A DNA stretch of 64,000 bases from the human T2T-CHM13v2.0 reference genome, Homo sapiens. The stretch lies in assembly GCF_009914755.1 (NCBI RefSeq), contig NC_060928.1. One strand, given 5' to 3'. A model generated the notes under the pieces. The model made no database searches. It had not been told where the DNA came from and worked only from the letters and a program-made list of their open reading frames with translations. Positions 15,393 through 33,503 of this stretch are shown here, in pieces (position 1 is the stretch's first letter; every line of letters starts with the position of its first letter). The translations under genes were made by a program, and so were the position numbers.

Positions 15393-16006
15393 GAAGTTTG
15401 GTTAGACTGTGCCTTGAAAGAGTAAGTATACTGTACACGTGAATAAAATATGTAAAGTTCTCTATGAGAATAAAATAAAGCAGTTTTATTCAGCAACTGA
15501 TAAGTCACCTTTTTATTGGGTTGCTTCCAGTAGAATTAATATGCTATTTCCTTAACTGGCAAATAAATTAAACTTGCAAATTTCAATTTTAAAATTTGCC
15601 TACAGCTATTGCAACTTGCATGGCCACTTATAATCCTATATTCTTGGATCAAAGTATATTTTGTAAATTATTTACTTTTAGTAACAGAAGGTGGTAACCA
15701 TAACACAGAACTATTTAATTTTCTTTAGAGACAATTCTGAAATGTATTTAAAAACACTGGCTTCTATAAAATGAAAAGATAAAACAATTTGTGGAACCAC
15801 TGAATTTGAAATTAAAATTTGACAATGTAAATGACATTTTATGAAAGTGAGATTCGTATTTTACCAACATTAAGCTGAAACATTTCAGCTTAAAAGTATT
15901 TTGACACATGTAAGAGCAGAAAGATAAAGTAATATAATTTTAATTCTAATATGATAGGACTTTAGAATCAATTAGTGTATCTTATATGAGTGATTTAATA
16001 AAGCTT

Positions 16007-16305
16007 TGTTTGTTTGTTTGTGTTTTGAGACAGAGTCTCGCTCTGTCACCAGACTGGAGTGCAGTGGCGTGATCTTGGCTTACTGCAAACTTCGCCTCCT
16101 GAGTTCAAGCGATTCTCCTGCCTCAGTCTCCCAAGTAGCTGGGATTACAAGCGTGTGGCACCATGACCAGCTAATTTTTGTATTTTTAGTAGAGACAGGG
16201 TTTTACCATGTTGGCCAGGATGGTCTCGATCTCCTGACCTCGTGATCCACCCGCCTCAGCCTCCCAAAGTGCTGGGATTACAGGTGTGAGCCACCACGCC
16301 TGGCC
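16007..16305 (-). mobile_element. AluSc-like
   Basis: Reverse Alu with the Sc-type 2-nt deletion near the 3' end; TSD aataaagctt (15997-16006 / 16306-16315). Confidence 0.88.
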
Positions 16306-17280
16306 AATAAAGCTTATTTTTAAGTAATCAGCTTTAAAAAAAAAATACAAGCATGATAATAATGATTTTTGGCCATATTTAACCATGGCTATCATATGGG
16401 TCACACTGTAGTGGCTTTACTAACAGTGTTGTTTAACTTCGCTCCTTTCAGAGTTCCTTGAAACTATTCTTGGCTGGAGTGTAAGCTGCTTTAAAAAAAA
16501 TGTTTACAGCAAATTATGTAGAATAGTGAAAAATAGAGTCAAAATTAAAAAGTAAATAAATTATAAAAATATAACATTGCAATGGTGTTTTGGAACAATT
16601 TTCTATTGACTGAAACAAGGAAATAATTTTTGTCTCGTTTTTATTTTATTCTCATTGTTTTCAGACATAAGAATTGATGGATTTTGTTTTCTCCTTAGCC
16701 TTATTTTATTTTTTCTGGGCTATAAATTTCTTCATCTCCCCAAGCCTTAACTTTTGTGGCTGTACAATTGGGAGAAGAATTTCTTGGAACTTATTAGAAT
16801 TGTGTTTTAATAATGTGCTATCTGCCAAACACACTGAAACCTTTGGATGAAAGTTAATGTATTCTGAATGGTCTACTTTGTTCTTCCCTTTTAGTTTCAT
16901 AACTAAAGTTTGAACCTTTAGTTTCATAACTTAAAGTTTCATAACTTTAAGAAGGATTTTTTTTCAAATACAAGAGAAAAATTTTCTTCCTCTTTTAACC
17001 TGTCTCAGAACTTGTGAGCTGAAATTAACAGAAAATCTTTAATATCTAGCCAGCAATGACACTTGACTGTGTTTCTAAAGGAATAGAGAGGGAAAATGGT
17101 CAAAACAGAGTAGTTTCTAGAAAACTTCGTGTCAGCTTGCTCTCCCATGGAGACAGGGTATTAGGCAAATTAATAACTTTATCCTCCAGGCACTTTTGCA
17201 AGGGAATAACATTTTCATTTGTTTGGCAAAATGCAAACATTGCCGGGGTAGATGATAACTACAAAATAAAAATTTTATGA

Positions 17281-17594
<314 letters not shown>

Positions 17595-18550
17595 TCCAGT
17601 TATTTAATTATTCTTCATTTACAATTGCATTCTCATTGGTCAATTTGTTAAGACCTTTTTTTCAGTCTGACAAAAGAAGGAACAAACTCTTTTTCTCTCC
17701 ATTAATGTTGAATAAAGTATCTATAAACTACATTTTCAATAATTAGAAGAGCTAAAATCATCACATTTGGGACCCTGGGATCTGCCTTCCCACTTCATTT
17801 TTTCTCTGTAATCAATGCAAAATTATTCAATTTAAAGGAATATGTAGCGGATCATTTTTGGAAATTTATTACTTTAGACCCTGAGACAAACCTTTTTTCA
17901 TAAAAACCAATTAAAAGAGCTTCTCAGAATTTTTTTTAACCTTTTGCTTAAAAAATTGCTCTAGTAAAAAGTGCTATTTTTAACCTGTTGTTTGTGGTAC
18001 AAAGTAGAAATATTTTCATAAATATTATTTGATCTCCAGCTTCTTATACTGAAATTCTGCTCTGACTGTAGGATCAAGTACACAGTAAGCACTCAATAAA
18101 TACTTGCTTTGCTTTGATCATCTGAATGTAAAAGTATCTTTTATGTGGGGCTGAATTAGGTCTAGCCAACATTTAGACTAATTTTACCACGACTGTCTTC
18201 ATAGTAATATTAGCGTGTTTTCACACAGTATAGTCATGAATATGGACCATGGGGAATCACTCAAGCCATTTTTTCTCACTTTTAGAGTAGTTTATAATGT
18301 GTTGATAGTATGTCTGGCTGGTTTGTTGGGAATAGGATGTACATGGCCAAATGTGGAAGCAAGGAGACAGGATAGGGGTCCTTGGAGTAATCCAGAATTT
18401 GAATCAAGCAGCTTGGGTCAAGGTGAGAGCAGCAGAGGTATAAGAAGTTCTTGTATTTTCAGTCTGTTCTGAAGCAGAGCTGATAGGATTTGCTGAGAGA
18501 TTTATGTGGGATGTGACAGAGAGAGAGCCAAGTCCGTAGTAACTCTGAGA

Positions 18551-18755
18551 CAGTGCCTCTTAACTGAAGGTGATTTTTCTCTCCCAGGAATATTTGACAA
18601 CGTCTGGAGACAGTGTCTGGCTTGTCACAGTTGGGGAAGATACCACAGATATCTCGTGGGTAGAAGCCGGGGTGCAGTTAAATATCCTATGAAGCATATA
18701 ATGCTGTTCTCTACAACAAAGAATTGTCTGACGTTGCTGAAGTTAAGAAACTCTG
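18551..18755 (+). mobile_element. MER20 (hAT-Charlie)
   Basis: cagtg..ggtgatttt..cccagg..atttgacaacgtctggagaca..ttgtcaca..acaacaaagaatt..aagaaactctg. Confidence 0.8.
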
Positions 18756-20055
18756 GACCAAGGTTTTTGGCCTGAACAGAGGAAAGAATGATGCTACCAG
18801 TAACAGAATGAGGGCGCTGCTAGTGCAGTATAGTTTGCAAAAAGGAAACCAGAGTTCTGTCTTTTTGAAGTGCCTATCAGATTTTCAAGGCCAATGTCAA
18901 ATATTACAATATCATAAAGTAAAAATAAGATTAAAGTTTATCTGTTGTTAAATTAATGTTTAAATAATTCCTTTAGAAATTAAATTTCTATAAAATGGAA
19001 ATTGTGTCTCAAAATATTCCTGTGTTATCTACAAGGCCTAACATAGCTTCTGGTATTTCAACATATATAAAAAAGTATGAATATAGCGGCCATATTAATG
19101 TTCTCCTCCCTAGTTCTATTACACTATTTGGAATGATATAATTTTAGTCTTAGAAATAGAAAATTATCTCCCTTCATTTTGATGAACACATTATATAATT
19201 AAAGTACACATAAGGGTTGTAATTACTATGTTTCCTAATATATTATAGTTCTTTCATCTCCTCAGTCTGCTTTTTGTGAAGAGGACTTTTTCAGGGTAGA
19301 AGAATGACTCAGTAATGAGAAAAAGGGGAAATTATGTTAAGTCTTTCTTCTTTTCATTCCTCCCCTATTCTGGATCCAGGGGTAGTACCACACACTTCCC
19401 CAAGCAGCATTTCTGATAACTTAGAATATCCTTATGAAGCCATCTCTAAAAAAATAATAGGTTTCTTTCCATTCGTTCTCTGAAATAGCCTCCTTTAAGT
19501 CTAGAGTGCCTGCAGCTGAACAAGCAGCTACCAGTGCAGTAGGACTTGTTGCTAGGGGGAGTTGCCCTTATCACTTCTCATCTAAACTCGGTGGGTTATG
19601 TGGAAAAAACGGCATGTGCTTAACTTCAGATTTTAAAGTCTTTTAACTTTGCAGTTGAGTGCCTTCAATTGAATTTCTTAATTAACTTTTAAGTTATGAC
19701 TGTCTCTTATTCCCTCCTTACCTATATTGAAGGAGCCAATCAGTAAATACCTAAGTCCTGCCTGCCCGCCGTGAAGCAAGGAAAATGTACTTGCTAATGA
19801 TTGAATTAATTCTCACACTTTAGTTAATATTGACCAATATTTCTTGGATTTTATTTCCAAAATGACTTTCTTTTTTTCTTGAAATACTGTTTTAAAAGTA
19901 GCTTTAAAATGTATCCTCCATGTAAGTATAACAAAACAGAGTGATTTATTCACAGCTACTTGTTTCAATAATGCAGATGTTCAGGGCTACAGTACTCAAA
20001 TAGTGAGACTCAGGGAAGGGAGAGGACTTGGCTGAATTAATTTAAAAGAAAATCT

Positions 20056-20388
<333 letters not shown>

Positions 20389-21286
20389 TTAGAGAGCTGC
20401 TGGTAGACATAACCTTTCATTATTTTTAGAGTTTCAATTTGTAGCCGATTTGGTATTTTGAGACTTTCAGTTCATCTTCACTTACACCACTTTCATTAAA
20501 ACTTCAGAAACAGAAATAGCCACAGGCAAACACTTTGAAGCATGCATCTTCCTTTTCTTATTTCTTACTAAGATATCTAAATTCAGACATTTGACCAGTA
20601 ACATTGCAAAGATGATTCATATGTGTTACAAACTTAGAAAAGTCATTAGGAACATACTCAGATTTTGCTGTAAACATGTTTTGTTATAAAAGTGATGTGG
20701 GTGATTTTGCTTCTGCAGTTGAATGCAGTGAGTGGTTACTGTCAGAAACACAAAATACAGATTGTGACTGGTTAACAATCAGCCGATAAAAAAAGTAGCT
20801 TAGTTAACTGAAATTACATAATTGGAGAATGAATCTAAGAAACCATAGAAGGAGCAGGACAACCCAATTTCCAGCATTATTCTGGTTTATCTTTTTCTCT
20901 GAGTGGTGAAAACAAAATACCTCGTAGGCTCAAATCTATTACAGTTTGTTTATTGTCAAGTCTTCATATGGTCCTCCATTATTTTGTTATTCTAGGCTTG
21001 CAAATTTTCAAAAACAATAAGGTATGTGAAAGTTTTATTTAAGTTAACAAATGTATAGCTTCTGCCTAACTTTTTTTTTTAATTATACTTTAAGTTTTAG
21101 GGTACATGTGCACATTGTGCAGGTTAGTTACATATGTATACATGTGCCATGCTGGTGTGCTGCACCCATTAACTGGTCATTTAGCATTAGGTATATCTCC
21201 TAATGCTATCCCTCCCCCCTTCCCCCACCCCACAACAGTCCCCAGAGTGTGATGTTCCCCTTCCTGTGTCCATGTGTTCTCATTGT

Positions 21287-25428
<4,142 letters not shown>

Positions 25429-25491
25429 TATGATGTTAGCTGGTTATTTTGCTCGTTAGTTGATGCAGTTTCTTCCTAGCCTCGATGGTCT

Positions 25492-26488
25492 TTACAATTT
25501 GGCTTGATTTTGCAGCGGCTGGTACCGGTTTTTCCTTTCCATGTTTAGTGCTTCCTTCAGGAGCTCTTTTAGGGCAGGCCTGGTGGTGACAAAAATCTCT
25601 CAGCATTTGCTTGTCTGTAAAGGATTTTATTTCTCCTTCACTTATGAAGCTTAGTTTGGCTGGATATGAAATTCTGGGTTGAAAATTCTTTTCTTTAAGA
25701 ATGTTGAATATTGGCCCCCACTCTCTTCTGGCTTGTAGGGTTTCTGCCAAGAGATCTGCTGTTAGTCTGATGGGCTTCCCTTTGTGGGTAACCTGACCTT
25801 TCTCTCTGGCTGCCCTTAACATTTTTTCCTTCATTTCAACTTTGGTGAATCTGACAATTATGTGTCTTGAAGTTTCACTTCTTGAGGAGTATCTTTGTGG
25901 CCTTCTCTGTATTTCCTGAATCTGAATTTTGGCCTGCCTTGCTAGATTGGGGAAGTTCTCCTGGATAATATCCTGCAGAGTGTTTTCCAACTTGGTTCCA
26001 TTCTGCCCATCACTTTCAAGTACACCAATCAGATGTAGATTTGGTCTTTTCACATAGTCCTGTATTTCTTGGAGGCTTTGTTCGTTTGTTTTTATTCTTT
26101 TTTCTCTAAACTTCCCTTCTCGCTTCATTTCATTCATTTCATCTTCCATCACTGATACCCTTTCTTCCAGTTGATCGCATCGGCTCCTGAGGCTTCTGCA
26201 TTCTTCACGTAGTTCTCAAGCTCCTGTAAGCACTTCTCTGTATTGGTTATTCTAGTTATACATTTGTCTAAATTTTTTTCAAAATTTTTAACTTCTTTGC
26301 CTTTGGTTTGAATTTCCTCCTGTAGCTCAGAGTAATTTTGATCGTCTGAAGCCTTCTTCTCTCAACTCGTCAAAGTCATTCTCCGTCCAGCTTTATTCCA
26401 TTGCTGGTGAGGAACTGCATTCCTTTGGAGGAGGAGAGGCACTCTGCTTGTTAGAGTTTCCAGTTTTTCTGCTCAGTTTTTTCCCCAT
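25492..26488 (-). pseudogene. L1 ORF1p, fragmented
   Basis: ATGGGG start at 26488; motifs YVKRPNL, RHIIVRF, ARREWGPIF and YPAKLSF. Deletion of ~22-24 bp near 26218 and a frameshift near 25595. Confidence 0.9.
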
Positions 26489-28189
26489 CTTTGTGGGTTT
26501 ATCTACTTTTGGTCTTTGATGATGGTGATGTACAGATGGGTTTTTGGTGTGGATGTCCTTTCTGTTTGTTAGTTTTCCTTTTAACAGACAGGACCCTCAG
26601 CTGCAGGTCTGTTGGAGTTTGCTAGAGGTCCACTCCAGACCCTGTTTGCCTGGGTATCAGTAGCGGTGGCTGCAGCACAGCAGATTTTCGTGAACCGCGA
26701 ATGCTGCTGTCTGATCGTTCCTCTGGAAGTTTTGTCTCAGAGGAGTACCCAGCCGTGTGAGATGTCAGTCTGCCCATACTGGGGGGTACCTCCCAGTTAG
26801 GCTCCTCAGGGGTCATGGGTCAGGGACCCACTTGAGGAGGCAGTCTGCCCGTTCTCAGATCTCCAGCTGCGTGCTGGGAGAACCACTGCTCTCTTCAAAG
26901 CTGTCAGACAGGGACATTTAAGTCTGCAGAGGTTACTGCTGTCTTTTTGTTTGTCTGTGCCCTGCCCCCAGAGGTGGAGCCTACAGAGGCAGGCAGGCCT
27001 CCTTGAGCTGTGGTGGGCTCCACCCAGTTGGAGCTTCCCAGCTGTTTTGTTTACCTAAGGAAGCCTGGGCAATGGCGGGCTCCCCTCCCCCAGCATTGCT
27101 GCCGCCTTGCAGTTTGATCTCAAACTGCTGTGCTAGCAATCGGTGAGACTCCATGGGCATAGGACCCTCTGAGCCAGGTGCTGGATATAATCTCCTGGTG
27201 CGCCATTTTTTAAGCCCGTCGGAAAAGCGCAGTATTAGGATGGGAGTGACCCGATTTTCCAGGTGCCATCTGTCACCCCTGTCTTTGACTAGGAAAGGGA
27301 ACTCCCTGACCCCTTGTGCTTCCTGAGGGAGGCAATGCCTTGGCCTGCTTTGGCTCACACACAATGCACTGCACCCACTGTCCTGCACCCACTTTCTGGC
27401 ACTCCTTAGTGAGATGAACCCCGTACCTCAGATGGAAATGCAGAAATCACCCATCTTCTGCGTCGCTCACGCTGGGAGCTGTAGACCGGAGCTGTTCCTA
27501 TTCGGCCATCTTGGCTGCCACGCACTTTTTTGTTTATCCTCTGTTCTTCCCTAATGTTCATAAGTTATTTTACTGATCAGTAAGCTAAATGAATATTTGT
27601 GTTTTTCTGTATCCAGTATCATAAAGAATTAAAGGTTTCCATGAAAGCCAAATAAAAATCTATTGGATACAAGAATTTCTTAAATTACCCACCGACTTGT
27701 CTGATTCTCTTGAGGTTTACAATTATTTAATTGCTATTTTTTTCTCATTGATGTCAAGAAACAAGGAAAAGGAAATACACTTAAATTGAGCGTAGGGTCT
27801 GGTGACACCTAAAAATTATTTATGGAAAGGGTAAATAAACAAATACGATGTTTTGCTTAAGTGGTTGAGTAATATAAATATTAAAAGTCTTGTAAATGTA
27901 GAAAAGTTAGACATTTCAAGGCTTATTTAAATGCTGTTTGAGATTATCTCTTGTGATCCCCTTCAGTTTAGTGGCACTTTTTGATAGGCTGAAAAACAAG
28001 AAACAGAAGAAGTCAGAGTATAATGAGTTCCTTATTAAACTACACTTGCCCTAACTTCCATTCAGTGTTTTAGTTGGTTTACTCTAATACTATGTTCATA
28101 CACTTTCAGCAGACTTATAATTTGTAATTTTCTCTGTTGTCAGGTTAAAGACCATTAAAGCAAAACAGAAAATGCTAAACAGCTTTATT

Positions 28190-28860
28190 TCATTCCTTCA
28201 TCTATCTATTCAACAACTAGAAATTGAGAATTTACTGGGTGCAGGCACTTAGCTAGCCACAGGGGCTACTAGGAGAATAAAATTATATCCACAAGGATCT
28301 GGTGGTAAAAATGAAAGAGAGCAAAGGGTGCTGATACAAAATTAGAGTGCATTTTTAAAGTGTTATATAAACACTGACAAGTACAGGTTACTATAGTAGC
28401 ACAGAGAAGAGGCTAGTGGCATCTTAGTAGAAGAAGAAACCTTTACTCTGGAATCAAAAGATGAGATGGAGTTAGGCAAAGAGGGAGAGAAGATGTGACT
28501 GTCCTTGCAAAGAGCCTGGCTTTTTTAACATCTTACTCTGTCTGAGTTTGAGAGGGGAAGTTTAGGAGATAAAGGGGTATGCAGGCGGTTCTTCATGATA
28601 GGCCTCATGATCCAATCCACGTTAAAGAGTTGGAACTTGACCCAGAGAACAATGAGGGATCATGGAGGAGTTTAAGCTGTAAATTAAAATGTTGGATATG
28701 TACTTTAGAGGGATTTCTCTGGCTCTAGCTTTGGAGAAAAGAAAGGAGATGGAAAGATAAAAGTAAAGAAGGTCAGTTACAAACCTGGTGAAGTAACTAA
28801 GACAGGAGAGTCTGAACTAAGATGAACATTGAAAGTGGGTAGATTTAGGTCCTAGGTTCA
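28190..28860 (-). mobile_element. L2 fragment
   Basis: cattccttcatctatctattcaacaac (L2 tail in reverse); ...aaagagttggaacttgaccc...ggaggagtttaagc. Confidence 0.6.
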
Positions 28861-29514
28861 GTGGTTGAATTTCTAATATTCTCATTATGTGCCTTTGTGT
28901 GTGTGTGTGATTCTCTGAGTTGTTATCGCATTACTGAGTGACAGAAATTGCTCTAGTATCTTTGGGGTCTCAGCTTTTAGCACAGTGACCACACTATTCA
29001 TTGTTGGGTAGACAAAACTCAGGGGTGCTGAGCTCTCAAAATTCACCTTTTATACTGGTGTCCATGCAGAAATTGCCTCAAAATTCAATCTTCACTCCTG
29101 AGGCAAGTTATCTAGAGAAACAACATGATGTTATGTAATTGAGGAATTTTGATACTTATTTGACTTTTCTCTACCCTATAAGCCTGATTTAGGTTTCAGG
29201 GTCATACTTTCAACACACTGTGGCAGTGTGTTGTAGCAGCAGCTCAATAGGCCCATTCTAATATTTCTGGTGCAGTCACAATTTACAGTAGTCTAGACAT
29301 CACATAAGGAAGAGGAAGTCTGGAAGAAAAGTACAGAAATAGTGTTTGATGGGAGGAAGCGCTGTTAAAAAGAAGAAATGACCCATAAAAAGGTACGTAT
29401 GTTTGTATGTAGGTATGTAGGTACGCACACATGTAGACACACAAATATGCTTACATATATATTAAAAATCTGAATTAAAAAGTTACAGGGTAGACTGCAT
29501 TGACCCTGTACTTT

Positions 29515-29517
<3 letters not shown>

Positions 29518-29563
<46 letters not shown>
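29518..29563. repeat. (TA)n microsatellite, ~23 units
   Basis: Directly visible. Confidence 0.97.
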
Positions 29564-29566
<3 letters not shown>

Positions 29567-30729
29567 ATATATATAGCTATATTACAAACTTCTATGTGAA
29601 GCATCAGAAGTTTCAATCTAATCATATATTTAGTGGAATGAACTCTTCCATAGATGATAATAATAGGAAAATAATTTAGTGAATAATTTAGTGAATCTAC
29701 TATAAAGTACAATAAAAGATATAGGTATTTGCAGCAATTCAGAAAAAATAAACCCAGCATATTGGTGACTAAATTATCCACTTGGGTAGGAACATGTGTC
29801 AACACCTCTTCTGGGGCTTTAGTGCAGGTCCCCAGAGCACTGATCCTCAGAAGGAGACTAGAAAAGTGGGAGGAGGAGAGAGGGGTGTGAGCTGTGGAAA
29901 GGAATTTTTATTCAGTTGGGATGGGGTGGCTGCAAACTTTATTTTACCCCAGGAATATTTTTTCCTACTTCAATAATATTTAACTCAGCCATTTTCCTCT
30001 CCAATAAACTGCCAAGCTTGTTTGGCTGCATAAATAAGCTGAACATGAACCACGGTGCCTGATGGTGCCAGCAAAGACAGAAAAGGAGATTAGGATGTGA
30101 GAAAAATTCTCTTAGGTTGCCTACTTCATATCCTGTCAACCTTCAGGTTAGGATAGAGTGATTCTGTTTGCCATTTATTTGACTTAAGTTAGAATTACAT
30201 CTTGCCCATAGTGTTTGGAACTGTGAAATCTTAATAAGTGCTACGTTAGCCAATTCAAATAAAGCCACTCTTGAATCACCAATACTGCAAACAGAGCAGA
30301 AAGCTCTAGGGCATATTAAATTAATACGTTCTCAATCTCCTACATAATTTATATTCTGAATCCAATCAACTGAACAGTTGAGAACTTGAGCTCACTTTTT
30401 TCTGTCCTCTGTCTTCTCTTTGTGTCTCTTTTCTTGGAGAATGGTGTCACCACACCAGAAAGGAGGGAGGGGGTATAGTTTTAGTTCATTTATTCTTTGT
30501 GACTGAATTACTATTATTTATTTCAAACTCTCTTGCCTTGCCTCTTGCCATCCTTTAACTTAGGACTACATTTGTTCTTGTTGGAAAGTTTGCATTGCCT
30601 TTAAGCCACTCCCTGTACTTTAGATCATTTGCAAAATTTTCTTCACATTGTCCACAAAAGGACCAACTAATAGTCAAGCTGATCATGGGTTTCCCATGTT
30701 TAGAATACTTCAGTGGCCCCTATGAGCCT

Positions 30730-30899
30730 CAGGCAGTTCTCAAACAGGGACATGGGCCATGAATGTTTAAGAAAATGTACATAAAAGTCTTTACCCAAGA
30801 CCTACAAAATTGGAAATCTCTGGGATTGGGGCCCAAGTGTGTGTTTGAAAAAAGGATTCGCAGATCATTCTAATGGTCACACTCAATTGAGCACAACTG
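30730..30899. mobile_element. MER5-family DNA transposon within an L2 relic
   Basis: gcagttctcaaac...gaaatctctgggattggggccc...ttgagcacaactg. Confidence 0.55.
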
Positions 30900-33503
30900 A
30901 CCTACAAGATAAATCTAAATTACTTTGTATGACATATAGAACCCTACGTTATTGGGCCCCTTTCTTGAATATTCTTAGATGACACCTTGTATTTTTTGCT
31001 TCATCGATACTGAACTCTGTTTAGTTTGCAAAACACAATTTTTTTAATGCCTCGGTGCCTTTACACTAAATGCTACCTCTAAATAGCCTTTCCTTCCCTT
31101 GATTCATCCACCTGCAAAAAGCCTGACTATCTTTCTAGCTTTGCTTTCTCTAAGCCTTTCTGCACTTCTCAGCAAGTATTACATGGTATTTTTTCCCTGT
31201 GTTTCCTCTATATTTTAACCACAGGTCCATTATAATAATTATCATATATTTGTTGGCATCTTTCCTCCTAAGAAATCAAATGAATATTTAGATTTTTATA
31301 TTCCAGTGGCTTGGCTCAAAGTAGGTAATGAAATAAATATTTGTCAAATGAAAATGCAAGTAAAGTAAAAGATGTGTGGATGAATAGAAGTGATTCAACA
31401 AAGTTTGTGGTTGAAGAAGACAGGAGGTATATATAAAGAGAGGTTTTAGCTGTAGACTTTTGTTTTGGAGCTATGAGCACAGGCCTTCCATTTCTGTTAA
31501 GAATATGCTTCTTTTTCTTCTGGAATCTCCAAAAATACTTTTTATGTATCCAGTATATTTATGTGATTCAGAGCAGAGCTTTCTGTAGAACTTTTCTTAC
31601 ACTGACTTCTGAAGCTAGGAAATTATAGTTGAAGGGTAGGATTGCCTATAAAAATGGATACCTCTTAATAATGCCTCTACTAAAAAGAAGAATGTGCTAC
31701 AAATGTACTATTGGACACATGCAGAACTATTCCTAAAAATGGACACTGAGAAACCTCAAAGACCCAGGGTCTGAAGTAAGTAGGTGCTTTTTTTTCCATT
31801 TGAGGAGCTGAGTTCACCAACCTTCAATACATTCCATCGTTTTGGGCCCCAAGCTTTTGAGTGAAATGTTAACCCATGAAAAAATGAATGAGTTTAATGT
31901 GAACACAACACAGTTTTCTGTTCCTAAGGAGGAAACAGGCTCAGAGAACTTTTTGCACACCAGGAGTCATTCTGTTGAGTTTTATGTGTGTAAATGAATC
32001 AGAAACCATATGGATTAAATTTCTCTTAAAAATACTTAGCCCTGTACATAAAGAAAAAAGAACATTGAGAGAAAATCTGAGTGGAGTTGGAATGAACTAG
32101 GGAGAGGCAATGTTTAATTAAGCCATGTTGTGGCCAGATGAGGCCCTTTCAATTTCCGGCTATAAACCTCTCTTGTTTTTGAAATACTTTTAACTTCTGT
32201 TTCCTTTTAGTCTAGCTTTCCTTTGGGAGTGAGCAAGTGGTTTCTCAACTCTCGGACTTCCTAACTTTGTTTCAGTTAAAGCATAGAATACACACAGATG
32301 TCACAATGAAGACACTGATAAGAATGATTATATTTCAGTATCCTCCTCCTACCTATCCGTCCCATCCTACCTTTGGTTGGAGTTGCACAGGCTGATCTTG
32401 GCAGTTGAGTTAAGGCAGAATCTTCCCATTACCAGCGTGATTATTACTCTTCATCAGCAGGCAAAGCTTGGCTACTCATCTGTTTTAGCACAAACCAAAA
32501 AGAGAGGTATTCCTGGTTCCAGCTGGGCTCTGGTGGTACAGGAAGAAGCTGGTTGTGTGGATTTCTCCATGGTGGGGAAACATTTGATGCTAAGTGTCAA
32601 TCAGGATGAGGACTGGGGAAAAAACTTTATTTGAAAACACTTGGAAAGGAGAAATGGGAAATGCTGAATTCTTGCATTCTCAAAGGCTGGCTGCCTTTCT
32701 TTTTGTAATTAATTATCTCCCCTGCTGAGTGCTTATTTTCTTCATGTCTGTTGATTTGATGTTCTGCAACCATAGTGGTGTAATAGCACCCTATCTTTAA
32801 CAATACATTGAATATATGCAACTCTTTCTCTGAGGGTGCTGGATTTCTTGTAGGTATTCAACTTAGTTCTCTTTTCTGAACTTGGGAGAGTGTGAGTTTG
32901 ACGTTTACAAGGCTAGTCAGTGGATGTGGCATGGCTTTGATAGATCGAGCTGGAGAGAAGGCTTTCCCTTAACAAGGTAAGCATGAGCTTGCACAAAGAA
33001 AATGTTCAGTCTATAGCAGCTGTGCTACCCTGTTGCCCTTCCTTTTGTTCAAGTGCACTTCCCTTTAGTGGCCTGGATTCAGAGATTCTCTATCGCAGCT
33101 CTGCACTTGGGCAGTCCTTATTTGGGACAGCTCTTTATCTTCCTTTATAATTGTGCAGAAAGCTCTCAAGGTGTCCCCACTCACCTACATGCAGTTTCCT
33201 TTTAAAAGATGCAAACAGTTTATTGTATAATACTTAAATTTTGATACTCTTCCATACTCACTTGACAGCTGAATTTTATGATATCTTTCAACCACTCCAT
33301 GGTTTGGAAAATATGAAGTCTCTGTGAACTCTCTTTTCTTTCTCTGCTTCTCAGTCAGTGTTTCTCTCTGTCCTTTCCTTTATGCCTTCTGTTCTATTCT
33401 GTGCATGCAGTTTTCAAGATGTGAGTGAAAGAGAAAGAGAGAAGAAAGAAGTCTCAAATTTAGACCTGGAGAGCTAGAAAAGAGCTTGGAGATCATTCTA
33501 ATA

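Noticed and set aside
21205-21233. G-rich tract on the minus strand
   Set aside because: Standard L1 3'UTR polypurine/G4 tract.
27072-27290. Intact ORF0
   Set aside because: Premature TGA at 27144-27146.
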